From contig NW_021832847.1 in assembly GCF_006345805.1 (NCBI RefSeq), positions 27,263-91,262 of the forward strand: DNA of 64,000 bases, given 5' to 3'. Source of the DNA: Octopus sinensis. Taxonomy: Eukaryota. Below, piece after piece: positions 10,545 through 21,818 of this stretch (positions within the stretch are counted from its first letter, which is position 1; the number at the start of each line of letters is the position of its first letter). The notes below the pieces were generated by a model. The model was not told where the DNA came from. It made no database searches and was given only the letters and a program-made list of their open reading frames with translations. The position numbers were made by a program, and so were the translations under genes.

Positions 10545-11810
10545 TGTGATCCCTGTGCAGGTAGCACGTAAAAAGCACCATCTGAACGTGGCCGTTGCCA
10601 GCCTTCTCTGGCCCCTGTGCCGGTAGCACATAAAAAGCACCATCTGAACGTGGCCAATGCCAGCACCGCCTTGACTGGCTTCCGTGCCGGTAGCACATAA
10701 AAAGCACCATCTGAACGTGGCCGTTGCCAGCCTTCTCTGGCCCCTGTGCCGGTAGCACGTAAAAAGCACCATCTGAACGTGGCCAATGCCAGCCTTCTCT
10801 GGCCCCTGTGCCAGTAGCACATAAAAAGCACCATCTGAACGTGGCCAATGCCAGCCTTCTCTGGCCCCTGTGCCAGTAGCACATAAAAAGCACCATCTGA
10901 ACGTGGCTGTTGCCAGCCTTCTCTGGCCCCTGTGCCGGTAGCACATAAAAAGCACCATCTGAACATGGCCGATGCCAGCCTTCTCTGGCCCCTGTGCCGG
11001 TAGCACATAAAAAGCACCATCTGAACGTGGCCGATGCCAGCCTTCTCTGGCCCCTGTGCCGGTAGCACATAAGAAGCACCAGCTGAACGTGGCCGTTGCC
11101 AGCCTTCTCTGGCCCCTGTGCCGGTAGCACATAAAAAGCACCATCTGAACATGGCCGATGCCAGCCTTCTCTGGGCCCTGTGCCGGTAGCACATAAAAAG
11201 CACCATCTGAACGTGGCCAATGCCAGCCTTCTCTGGCCCCTGTGCCGGTAGCACATAAAAAGCACCATCTGAACATGGCCGATGCCAGCCTTCTCTGGGC
11301 TCTGTGCCGGTAGCACATAAAAAGCACCATCTGGACGTGGCCGATGCCAGCCTTCTCTGGCCCCTGTGCCGGTAGCACATAAAAAGCACCAGCTGAACGT
11401 GGCCAATGCCAGCCTTCTCTGGCCCCTGTGCCAGTAGCACATAAAAAGCACCATCTGAACGTGGCCAATGCCAGCCTTCTCTGGCCCCTGTGCCAGTAGC
11501 ACATAAAAAGCACCATCTGAACGTGGCCAATGCCAGCCTTCTCTGGCCCCTGTGCCGGTAGCACATAAAAAGCACCATCTGAACGTGGCCAATGCCAGCC
11601 TTCTCTGTCCCCTGTGCCAGTAGCACATAAAAAGCACCATCTGAACGTGGCCAATGCCAGCCTTCTCTGGCCCCTGTGCCAGTAGCACATAAAAAGCACC
11701 ATCTGAACGTGGCCAATGCCAGCCTTCTCTGGCCCCTGTGCCGGTAGCACATAAAAAGCACCATCTGAACGTGGCCGATGCCAGTGCCGCCTTGACAGGC
11801 TTCTGTGCCA
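10545..11810. repeat. 62-bp minisatellite, about 20 copies, inside the SINE-like element
   Basis: Unit GTAGCACATAAAAAGCACCATCTGAACGTGGCCAATGCCAGCCTTCTCTGGCCCCTGTGCCG. The 62-aa periodicity in all three minus-strand frames equals 3 units. Confidence 0.92.
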
Positions 11811-12229
11811 GTGGCACGTAAAAAGCACCAACCGATCATAGCTGTTGCCAGCCTCGCCTGGCACGTAAAAAGCACCCACTACACTCATGGAGTGGTTGGC
11901 GTTAGGAAGGGCATCCAGCCGTAGAAACACTGCCAGATCAGACTGGAGCCTGGTGCAGCCTCCTGGCTTCCCAGACCCCGGTCGAACTGTCCAACCCATG
12001 CTAGCATGGAAAACGGACGTTAAACAATGATGATGTTGACACTTCCCTCTCAGATTCACATCCAGAAACTGGTTACCAATGTATTCACTTTAAAACAAAT
12101 AAATTTTTGGCTAAATATCAGTGTTTTTTTCGGTCTTTTTCCTGCCTGTCTCAAAGAGGCATTCACACATGACATAAGAGGGTAGAGGGCAGGACAGTTA
12201 GATTGAGAGCAGAGGTGTGGTATGGTGGA

Positions 12230-13310
12230 AGAAGTGGGGTAGAGTGGTGGGCAGAGGAATTATGCTGTGGGCAGAGTCATGTGGTGGGATAGCGTGAAGA
12301 GCAGAGGAGTCACATAGTAGGCAAATATGCCATGTGATGGGTAGAGGAGTCATATAGTGGACAGAGGAGTCGTGTAGTGGGCAAATATGCCATGTGATGG
12401 GTAGAGGAGTCATATAGTGGGTAGGGCAGAGGAGTCATGTAGTGGACAGAGGAGTCGTGTAGTGAGCAAATATGCCATGTGATGGGTAGAGGAGTCATAT
12501 AGTGGGTAGGGCAGAGGAGTCATGTAGTGGACAGAGGAGTCATGTAGTGGGTAGAGGAGTCGTGTAGTGGGCAAATATGCCATGTGATGGGTAGAGGAGT
12601 CATATAGTGGGTAGGGAAGAGGAGTCATGTAGTGGACAGTGGAGTCATGTAGTGGGTAGAGGAGTCATGTAGTGGGCAAATATGCCATGTGATGGGTAGA
12701 GGAGTCATAGTGGGTAGGGCAGAGGAGTCATGTAGTGGACAGAGGAGTCGTGTAGTGGGCAAATATGCCATGTGATGGGTAGAGGAGTCATGTAGTGGGT
12801 AGGGCAGAGGAGTCATGTAGTGGACAGAGGAGTCATGTAGTGGGTAGAGGAGTCATGTAGTGGGCAAATATGCCATGTGATGGGTAGAGGAGTCATATAG
12901 TGGGTAGGGCAGAGGAGTCATGTAGTGGACAGAGGAGTCGTGTAGTGGGCAAATATGCCATGTGGTGGGTAGAGGAGTCATATAGTGGGTAGGGCAGAGG
13001 AGTCATGTAGTGGACAGAGGAGTCGTGTAGTGGGCAAATATGCCATGTGATGGGTAGAGGAGTCATATAGTGGGTAGGGAAGAGGAGTCATGTAGTGGAC
13101 AGAGGAGTCGTGTAGTGGGCAAATATGCCATGTGATGGGTAGAGGAGTCATAGTGGGTAGGGCAGAGGAGTCATGTAGTGGACAGAGGAGTCGTGTAGTG
13201 GGCAAATATGCCATGTGATGGGTAGAGGAGTCATGTAGTGGGTAGGGCAGAGGAGTCATGTAGTGGACAGAGGAGTCATGTAGTGGGTAGAGGAGTCATG
13301 TGATGAGCAG
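12230..13310. repeat. Modular purine-rich minisatellite
   Basis: Shuffled modules AGAGGAGTCATGTAGTGG, GCAAATATGCCATGTGATGGGT and GGGTAGGGC. Confidence 0.9.
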
Positions 13311-13372
13311 AGGAGGTGTGTGGTGACCAGTGGGGTAGTGTGACATCAACAAAAAAAAACTCTGAAACTGAC

Positions 13373-13556
13373 CTTGGTAATAATTACACCGGAGCCAATG
13401 TTGACCAGCAAGAAAGGATAAAGGATCGAGTCGACTCCTTGGAACTTACACTCAGGATCTTGGTATCTTTGGAAAATAAAGGCCTCATCTGGAATGTTCT
13501 TCAACAGGAAATTACAGCCCTTAATTAGGCAATTCACTTCATTTTCCATTAAAAGT
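13373..13556 (-). CDS. PANK4: PANK4 coding exon 4 ([26 protein letters not shown]...[16 protein letters not shown])
   Basis: CLIKGCNF and [10 protein letters not shown] motifs. TACAG acceptor, GTCAGT donor; 184 nt, phase 2 to 0. Confidence 0.95.
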
Positions 13557-14342
13557 CTGTAACAAAGCAAATATTCAAGGTTTCAATAAACCAAATGTCT
13601 TAATCAAGGGACTGGAGACATATTCTTGAAAAAGGGAATGGAAGTCCAAGCATGGCCATCATTTTGAAGGCAGTCTTTCAAAGATTGAAAAGGGTTATTT
13701 AGGAAGGTTACCCATTGTGCAGCAAATTGAGTAAGTGTCTTCCACTATAGCACCACACCAGCCAAAGCCTTGTGAGGGGATTTGGTAGATGGAAACTGAA
13801 AGAAGCCCATGGTGTGTGTGTGTGTGTGTGTGCGTGCGTGCGTGTATGTCTTCTTTCTGCTATAAGAGCATTTTCCTTCAAAAACTGAAGAAAACAATCT
13901 CCTTGCTGTTTCTGAAATAATTCCACTCTCGGTGAAGACATATCGAATATAATATTCTTTTCTACTCTAGACACAGAGCCCGAAATTTTGGGGGAGGGTT
14001 CAGTCGATTAGATCAATCCCAATACGCACTGGTACTTCATTTATCGACCCCGAAATGATGAAAGGCAAAGTCAACCTAAGTGAAATTTGAACTCAGAACA
14101 TAAAAACAGATGAAATACCACTAAGCACTATTCACCTTGCTTGTGCTTGTGCCACGAAAAAAGCACTACGTCCACTCTGCTGAGTGGTTGGTGTCAGGAA
14201 AGGCATCCAGCTGTAAAAATCCTGCCGAAACAGTTACAGGAGTCTGGTGCAGGCTTCAGCCTGGCCAGCTCTTGTGAAACCGTCCCACCCATGCTAGCAT
14301 AGAAGGCAGAGGTTAAACGATGATGATGATATATATATATAT

Positions 14343-14508
14343 AGGCGCAGGAGAGGCTGTGTGGTAAGTAGCTTGTTTACCAACCACATAGTTCCAGGTT
14401 CAGTCCCACTGCGTGGTACCTTGGGCAAGTGTCTTCTACTATAGCCTCGGGCCGACCAAAGCCTTGTGAGTGGATTTGGTAGACAGAAACTGAAAGAAGC
14501 CCGTCGTA

Positions 14509-14554
<46 letters not shown>

Positions 14555-14775
14555 CATGTTTCGGTTTGTGTGTCTGTGTTTGTCCCCCTAGCATCACTTT
14601 ACAACCAATGCTGGTGTGTTTATGTCCCCGTTACTTAGCAGTTCGGCAAATGAGACCGATAGAATAAGTACTGGGCTTACAAAAAGAATAAGTCCCGGGG
14701 TCGAGTTGCTCGATTAAAGGCGGTGCTCCAGCATGGCCGCAGTCAAATGACTGAAACAAGTAAAAGAGTAAAAGA
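14343..14775 (+). mobile_element. ~430-bp tRNA-derived SINE with central (TA)n/(GT)n
   Basis: GGCTGTGTGGTAAG...GGTTCAGTCCC head and ...GACTGAAACAAGTAAAAGAG tail. Confidence 0.85.
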
Positions 14776-15218
14776 GATATATATACATACATACATAAAT
14801 ATATGCATAAATATATACATATATATGCATGTGTGTGTATACACATACACACACATATAGATACTATTTTATTAAAGCCCAAAAACACTTAGTGTTACTC
14901 ATGAGTCTTATGTTACCATTCATCAAACAGGTTTGATAATACAGACTAACCTGTCTTTGTGTTTGTATTGTGTGTGTCCTCTATTACCACTTAACATGTG
15001 TTGGTTTGTTTACATCCCCAGAGCTTACCAATTCAGCAAAAGAGACCAATAAAATAAGTGGCAGGCTTAAAAACAAAAATTAGTACTGGGGTTGATTTGT
15101 TTCACTAAACCCGTCAACTTTGTGCCCCAGTATGGCCACATTCTGAAACAATTGACTGAAACAATTAAAAGAACAGAGATAAATACAGGGAGAGAGTTTA
15201 AACTAAAGAAACACTTAC

Positions 15219-15430
15219 TCTAGACCTAATTTCTTCTCAATAAGATCCTTGTGCTTCCAGGAACCCCCACCTGTAGCCTTAATACTTTTGGTCTTCAGGG
15301 CATTGGTACTCTTGAGAAGATTCTCTTGTATGTAATCAATGCAGGTTTCGATATATTTTGTTTCAAATTGAATGAAATATAGACGTGGGACATACTCATC
15401 GGTTTCTGAGACTTCATAGATACTGGTGGA
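15219..15430 (-). CDS. PANK4: PANK4 coding exon 3 (STSIYEVSETDEYVPRLYFIQFETKYIETCIDYIQENLL...IKATGGGSWKHKDLIEKKLGL)
   Basis: Manual translation (not in the ORF track) shows RL.FI.FE..YIE.C and ATGGG motifs of type II PanK. TACAG acceptor, GTAAGT donor; 212 nt, phase 0 to 2. Confidence 0.93.
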
Positions 15431-16164
15431 CTGTAAAATAAGCAGAAATTAATACAATAAGATAAGAATTTATGATTCGAAATTGAACCAATCCTATGAC
15501 TGGCACCCGGCAGATGCCAGGACCCCTGGACTGGAGATATGTAAAAAGCACTATCCGAATCGTGGCCGATGCCAGCGCCGCCTCGACTGGCTTCCGTGTC
15601 GGTGGCACGTAAAAAGCACCATCCGAATCGTGGCCGAAGCCAGTGTCGCCTCGACTGGCTTCCGTGTCGGTGGCACGTAAAAAGCACCATCCGAATCGTG
15701 GCCGAAGCCAGTGCCGCCTCGACTGGCTTCCGTGTCGGTGGCACGTAAAAAGCACCATCCGAATTGTGGCCGAAGCCAGTGCCGGTGGCACGTAAAAAGC
15801 ACCATCCGAATCGTGGCCGAAGCCAGTACCGCCTCGACTGGCTTCCGTGTCGGTGGCACATAAAATGCACCAATCCGACCGTGGCCGATGCCAGCCTCGC
15901 CTGGCACCAGTGCAGGTGGCACGTAAAAAGCACCCACTACACTCACGGAGTGGTTGGCGTTAGGAAGGGCATCCAGCTGTAGAAACATTGCCAGATAAGA
16001 CCGGAGCCTGGTGCAGCCTTCTGGCTTCCCAGATCCCCGGTCGAACCGTCCAACCCATGCTAGCATGGAGAATGGACGTTAAACGATGATGATGATGATG
16101 ATGAAATACAGTTGTGTATTCAAAGCGATGAGGAATTATTCAAAAAATACCTTAGGAATGAGAA

Positions 16165-16780
16165 TCCATAAGCGGAAAGTGTAACCTCTTGAAAGAGCTG
16201 TTCTTCACTCCTGCTCTAGAGTGTCAGCTGCGGGATCACTCCGAAAAGCTCTATCTGCGACGATTTCATCTCAATCGAAAGAGAGGGCCTTCTCCGTCCA
16301 GGTTGCGGATCCATGGAATAAGCTGCCGGACGAGATAGTGAAGATGCCGACGACCACTCGGTTCAAAGTCTCTCTTGACCAGAAATGGCCTGAACTCTTT
16401 GCATGAACACCCTCCCTGTACATAACTCCCTGTCCCCCTACATGGCCTCACAACATCATAAGCGGAAAGTATAACCTCTCGAAAGAGCTGTTCTTCACTC
16501 CTGCTTCAGAGCGTCGGCTGCGGGGTCACTCCGAAAAGCTCTATCTACGACGATTTCATCTCAATCGAAGGAGAGGGGCTTTCTCCGTCCAGGTTGCGGA
16601 TCCGTGGAATAAGCTGCCGGACGAGATAGTGAAGATGCCGACGACCACTCGGTTCAAAGTCTGTCTTGACCAGAAATGGCCTGAACTCTTTGCATGAACA
16701 CCCTCCCTGTACATAACTCCATGTCCCCCTACATGGCCTTGCTTTTTGCTTTTTGAGCCAAAAAATTAACTTAAATTAAC
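16165..16780 (+). mobile_element. Tandem duplicate (291-bp period) of a CR1-like LINE 3' end
   Basis: Copy 2 (16521-16697) encodes RGHSEKLYLRRFHLNRRRGAFSVQVADPWNKLPDEIVKMPTTTRFKVCLDQKWPELFA*, matching the CR1 ORF2 tail pattern (RGH..K...FS.RV...WN.LP...FK..LD). Copy 1 is frameshifted. Confidence 0.8.
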
Positions 16781-16802
16781 CCAGGTTCGAAATTTCACCC
16801 AA

Positions 16803-16848
16803 GACACCTGATGAAGGCTGGAGAGTATATCAGCCGAAACGTTGTGTT
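16803..16848 (+). ncRNA. Predicted minimal type I hammerhead ribozyme in a SINE body
   Basis: GACAC-CTGATGA-A-GGCTG(10 nt)CAGCC-GAAA-CGTT-GTGTT: conserved core, 5-bp stems I and II, palindromic ACGU stem III. Confidence 0.6.
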
Positions 16849-17992
16849 AAAAACAAACAAGATGAGGACAAATATCCATCAAATGTAAATAATGTAAATA
16901 ATGTGCATTTATGAAATTCAGAAATTTTGTGTTTGTGTCCAGCATGCAAGAAGACCACTGGAAGAGAGGCACTCCTCAGCTTTTACATTATTTACATGCA
17001 ACGGATATTTGTCCTCATCTTCTTTGTTGTTATACCCTCCAGCCTTCTCCAGGTGTCTTGGGGAAATTTCAAACCTGGGTTCTCATTCCTAAGATATTTT
17101 TTGATGTTATTATTATTATTATATTATTATTATTATTGTTCAGGTCACTGCTTGGAATCGAACTCGGAATCTTGGGGTTAGAGCGCGGGCTACTAACCCC
17201 AAGATTCCGAGTTTGATTCCAAGCAGTGACTTAAACAATAACAATAATAATAATATGAAGTATATTTGCCACTTAAATGTGGCTAACCACTAAGGGTGAA
17301 TGCTACTGTAGCTTGTAGCCCCAGGAGAACATCTTCTCCAGCTGGCTTTAGACACACACTTTCTGTGCCCTATCAGTATTTGCAAAGGGAAGCCATCCTT
17401 CCCATTGTCGACTTGACATGATATGCATGACCTGGGTTTCTGGGTATTTACCTGTTGTCAGTGCACAACAATCACCCATCTTCGATGCGAAGGGGTCTCA
17501 ATGCAAATACATATATCCTTTTTCCAGTGACAAATAATAATAATAATAACATCGAAAAATACCTTAGGAATTTCCCAAAGACACCTGATGAAGGCTGGAG
17601 GGTACATCAGCTGAAACGTTGAGTTAACAACATACAAGATGAGGACAAATATCTCTCGAATGTAAATAATGTAAATAATGTACATAATTCCTCATCACTT
17701 AAATATAGAACTGTATCCTCAGCTTTCATTAAAGCATCTTTTTAGGAGAAGGTCACTTTGATATAAAACCAGACATACAAGAAATGGCATTTGACATTTT
17801 GGAGATCTTTCGCTTGAGCTTCAGATTATGGCACTTCCACAATCTTGAGTCTGTGACCAATATTGGCACTGAATATCTTGCCCCCAGCTTGTCTCTGGAT
17901 TATGTCAATGGGATGGAGAGGGTCTCAGGTGCTGGGCAAGCCTTATTGCTAACATTTCGCATGGGTAATGGTCAGTTCCCCCTCCATGGACA

Positions 17993-18640
17993 GTGAGGCT
18001 CACCAATGGAGAGGTTCTTAAGCAGATCAGGCCAAAAATGTCGCTAGAAGCTAGGATCACCAAGCATATATTGGCATATTTCGGTCATATTATGCGGAGA
18101 AAATCCCTGGAGAAGGACATCATGCTCGGAATGGTCAGCGGCAGGAGTAGAAGAGGCCGACCAATGGAGAAGTTCTTAAGCAGATCAGGCCGAAAATGTC
18201 GCTAGAAGCTAGGATCACCAAGCATAGATTGGCATATTTCGGTCATATTATGCAGAGAAAATCCCTGGAGAAGGACATCATGCTCGGAATGGTCAGTGGC
18301 AAGAGATGAAGAGGCCGACCAAGAAGCCACTGGCTTGACACCATCAAGAGTAGATACCGGAATGGACATGGACAATCTGAAAGTGGCCCAGGATAGAACT
18401 GACTGGAGGACACTGATCCAACAAGTAACCGAGAGTCGACTTCGACTGAGTGGATAGATAGATAGATGGAGCTCGGAATGGTCAGTGGCAAGAGAGGAAG
18501 AGGCCGACCAAGAACCCGCTGGCTTGACACCATCAAGAGTGATACCGGAATGGACATAGCCAATCTGAAACTGACTGGAGGACACTGATCCAACGAGTGA
18601 CCGAGAGTCGACTTCAACTGAGCGGATAGAGAGAGAGAGA
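17993..18640 (+). mobile_element. Three overlapping or tandem 3' fragments of an RTE-clade LINE
   Basis: SLEARITKHILAYFGHIMRRKSLEKDIMLGMVSGRSRRGRP...LDTIK..DRTDWRTLIQQVTESRLRLSG* resembles the RTE/BovB ORF C-terminus; (GATA)n and (GA)n tails. Confidence 0.8.
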
Positions 18641-18859
18641 ATGGTCAGTTATAAGGTTAAATGCCTTATAGCAGTGTTTCTCAAACTGTTTTTTTATAAT
18701 GATGCCAATATTGGTCACAGGCTCAAGATTGTGGAAGTGCCATAATCTGAAGTTCAAGCGAAAGATCTCCAAAATGTCAAATGCCATTTCTTGTATGTCT
18801 GGTTTTATATCAAAGTGACCTTCTCCCAGAAACATGCTTTAACGAAAGCTGAGGATACA

Positions 18860-19135
18860 GTTCTATATTTAAGAGATGAGGAATTATGTACATTATTTAC
18901 ATTATTTACATTCGAGAGATATTTGTCCTCATCTTGTTTGTTGCTAACACAACCTTTCGGCTGATATACCCTCCAGCCTTCTTCAGGTGTCTTGAGGAAA
19001 TTTCGAACCTGGGTTCTCATTCCTAAGGTATTTTTCGATGTTATTATTATTATTATTATTGTTCAGGTCACTGCTTGGAATCGAACTCGGAATCTTGGGG
19101 TTAGTAGCTCACGCTCTTAACCACTATGCCCGTGA
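18860..19135 (-). mobile_element. Near full-length copy of the tRNA-headed, hammerhead-bearing SINE
   Basis: Minus strand: GGCATAGTGGTTAAGAGCG..GAGTTCGATTCC head, (AAT)n, body with CTGAAGAAGGCTG..CAGCCGAAAG, and (TAAATAATG)n tail. Other pieces lie at 16130-16905, 16990-17260 and 17520-17700. Confidence 0.75.
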
Positions 19136-19415
19136 GCATATGGCGTAGTGGTCAAGAGCGTGGGCTACTAACCCCAAGATTCTGAGTTCGAGTCCAAGCA
19201 GTAATCTGAACAATTGATTGATTGATTGATTCTAGTTTCAGCTCATGAGCTGTGGCCATGCTGGGGCACCGCCATTTAATAATAATAATAATAATAATAA
19301 TGATAATAATAATAAAATTTATGTGACAGAAGGAGTGAAGTACTGGTTTAAACCCTAATGGTAATCAACCTGCCTGGGTTAGGTGCATCAGGTCATCGCA
19401 GACGTGGTCACTCAC

Positions 19416-19495
19416 CTTGTTGGGCACTTCCTCGGATACTAAGAATGATTTCTGATGAACCAGAGAACAGTAAGCAATTTTGGCTAAAGAACCTC
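19416..19495 (-). CDS. PANK4: PANK4 coding exon 2 (GGSLAKIAYCSLVHQKSFLVSEEVPNK)
   Basis: T-rich TGCAG acceptor and GTGAGT donor. Completes the DIGGS..K phosphate-binding loop across the junction; 80 nt. Confidence 0.92.
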
Positions 19496-19559
19496 CTGCA
19501 AAAAAAAAATGAAATAAAAATATAAAAATAAAGAAAGCAATAAATATGATATCACACAC

Positions 19560-19858
19560 GCATGTGTGTGTGTGTGTGGTGTGTGTGTGTGAGTGTGTGT
19601 AAGCCTCTAAGTGTATATGTGAGGCACATATACACTTATATACATATATACTCTAAGTGTATATGTGTGAGTGTAAATGCTTCTTTGTGTGTATATGTGC
19701 CTATGTGTGTTTATGTGTGTGGCTGTGTGTGTGTGTATGCCTGTTTGTGTGCATGCACATACACATGTGCATATGTGAGAAACTCGTGTGTGTGTGTGTG
19801 TGTGTGCATCTGTATATGTGCATTTGTGTGTGTGTGTGTGTGCATCTGTGTATGTGCA

Positions 19859-19889
<31 letters not shown>

Positions 19890-20630
19890 ATGTTTGGGTG
19901 TGTTTCTGTGTGTGTGTGCATGTGTGTGTGTATGTTTCTCAGTGTGTGTGTATGTGTGTGTGTGTGCATGTTTGGGTGTGTTTCTGTGTGTGTGTATGTG
20001 TGTGTGCATGTTTGGGTGTGTTTCTGTGTGTGTGTATGTGTGTGTGTATGTTTGGGTGTGTTTCTGTGTGTGTGTGTGTGTGTGTGTGCATGTTTGGGTG
20101 TGTTTCTGTGTGTGTGTATGTGTGTGTGTGCATGTTTGGGTGTGTTTCTGTGTGTGTGTATGTGTGTGTGCATGTTTGGGTGTGTTTCTGTGTGTGTGTA
20201 TGTGTGTGTGTGCATGTTTGGGTGTGTTTCTGTGTGTGTGTATGTGTGTGTGTGCATGTTTGGGTGTGTTTCTGTGTGTGTGTATGTGTGTGTGTGCATG
20301 TTTGGGTGTGTTTCTGTGTGTGTGTATGTGTGTGTGTGTATGTTTGGGTGTAAGTTTCTCAGTGTGTGTGTGCACGCCTGCATGCACGTGTATGTGAGTA
20401 GATGTGTATGCATATATGTGTGTGTGCATGTATGTACGTGTGAAAAACGTCTGTGTATGTGTGTGTGTGTGCCTCTCTATGTGAATGTGTGTGTATGCCT
20501 CTGTGTGTATGTGCTTGTGTGTGTGTGTATCTACGTGAGAAAATTATGTGCATGTATGTGTGAGCACCTTGTGTGTAAGTGTGCACATGTGTGTGAGCAT
20601 GTGTGTGTGTGTGTGTATGTGTGTGTGTAC
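19560..20630. repeat. GT-rich compound microsatellite with a ~38-40-bp internal period
   Basis: Repeated GTGTGTGCATGTTTGGGTGTGTTTCTGTGTGTGTGTAT. Confidence 0.95.
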
Positions 20631-20869
20631 CCCCCCTGTCTGCCCCAGCTACAAATGTAAACATTATTACCATTTCCCCTGTAAACAAATCATCCAATGA
20701 TGACATCACACCTTTGAAGGTCTGTGCCATATGTGAGTAAGAGATCCCTAACTTGAAGAGGTAAGGGTTAGAGACAGGAAAAGTACCCTGGCTGTAAAAT
20801 AGTGTCTCAATAACACACTGGTGTAGGACATGGCATTATGGCAAATCAAACATGTATTTGCACTTCTCA

Positions 20870-20999
20870 CGCACACACAAACATGCATACGCCTTCTCTC
20901 ACACGCATAGACAAAGCACTCCCTCACATAGATACACATACACACACATACATACAACTATCACACATACAGAGATATAAATACATACATACACATATT

Positions 21000-21036
<37 letters not shown>

Positions 21037-21052
21037 TATATATATATATATA

Positions 21053-21111
<59 letters not shown>

Positions 21112-21775
21112 TCTCACAGATAAACAAACATACACACACATATAGATACATACTTATACATACATACTTATACACTTATACACTTATACATACTTATACA
21201 TACACAAATATACGCACACTTTCACACATACAGACATACCCACACATACTCTCACATATACACAAGACGTTCCCTCACAAATACAAATACATACGCAGGC
21301 ACACACAAACAGACACACGGACAGACAGACAGTCACGTGTACACAGACACAGATGCATACACATACGTACACTCAAACATAGATATACACTCACTTACAC
21401 ATACTCACAGACACACGCATACACATATACACCACACAAGATATTCTCTCGCAAACACACGCACACACTTACACACACACAGTTACACAGACACACACAC
21501 TTCCACACATACATACACACACACTTCCAAACACACACACACTTCCACACACACACACTTCCACACACACACACTTCCTCACACACAAACTTCCTCACAC
21601 ACACAAACACTTACACACACACACACACACACACTTCCACAAACACACGCACACATTTTCACACACTTACACACACACACACATACACACACTTACACAC
21701 TTTCATACACACACACTTTCACACACTTACACACAGTTACACACACACACACACTTCCACACACACAAATCCCCC
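20870..21775. repeat. CA-rich compound microsatellite with a (TA)n core
   Basis: Seen directly in the sequence. Confidence 0.95.
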
Positions 21776-21818
21776 TCTGATACAAAATATAAACCTATAA
21801 TAACCATCCTCCACTTAC

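Noticed and set aside
10499-12059. 429-514-aa ORFs in three frames
   Set aside because: Artefact of a stop-free 62-bp tandem unit; no protein-like content.
12230-13310. Array of AP-1 sites
   Set aside because: The repeated motif is TGACTCC, not the TGACTCA consensus.
13708-13974. ORF segment CFLQFLKENAL resembling PANK4 exon 3
   Set aside because: The true exon 3, with full motifs and correct phases, is at 15219-15430. This ORF runs into SINE and microsatellite sequence.
19135-19214. tRNA genes here and at 8620-8698 and 14343-14420
   Set aside because: A/B boxes are present but the acceptor and anticodon stems do not close, and each continues into a repeat body, so these are SINE heads.
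19562-21780. Long Cys/Val or His/Thr ORFs
   Set aside because: Translations of GT/CA microsatellites.
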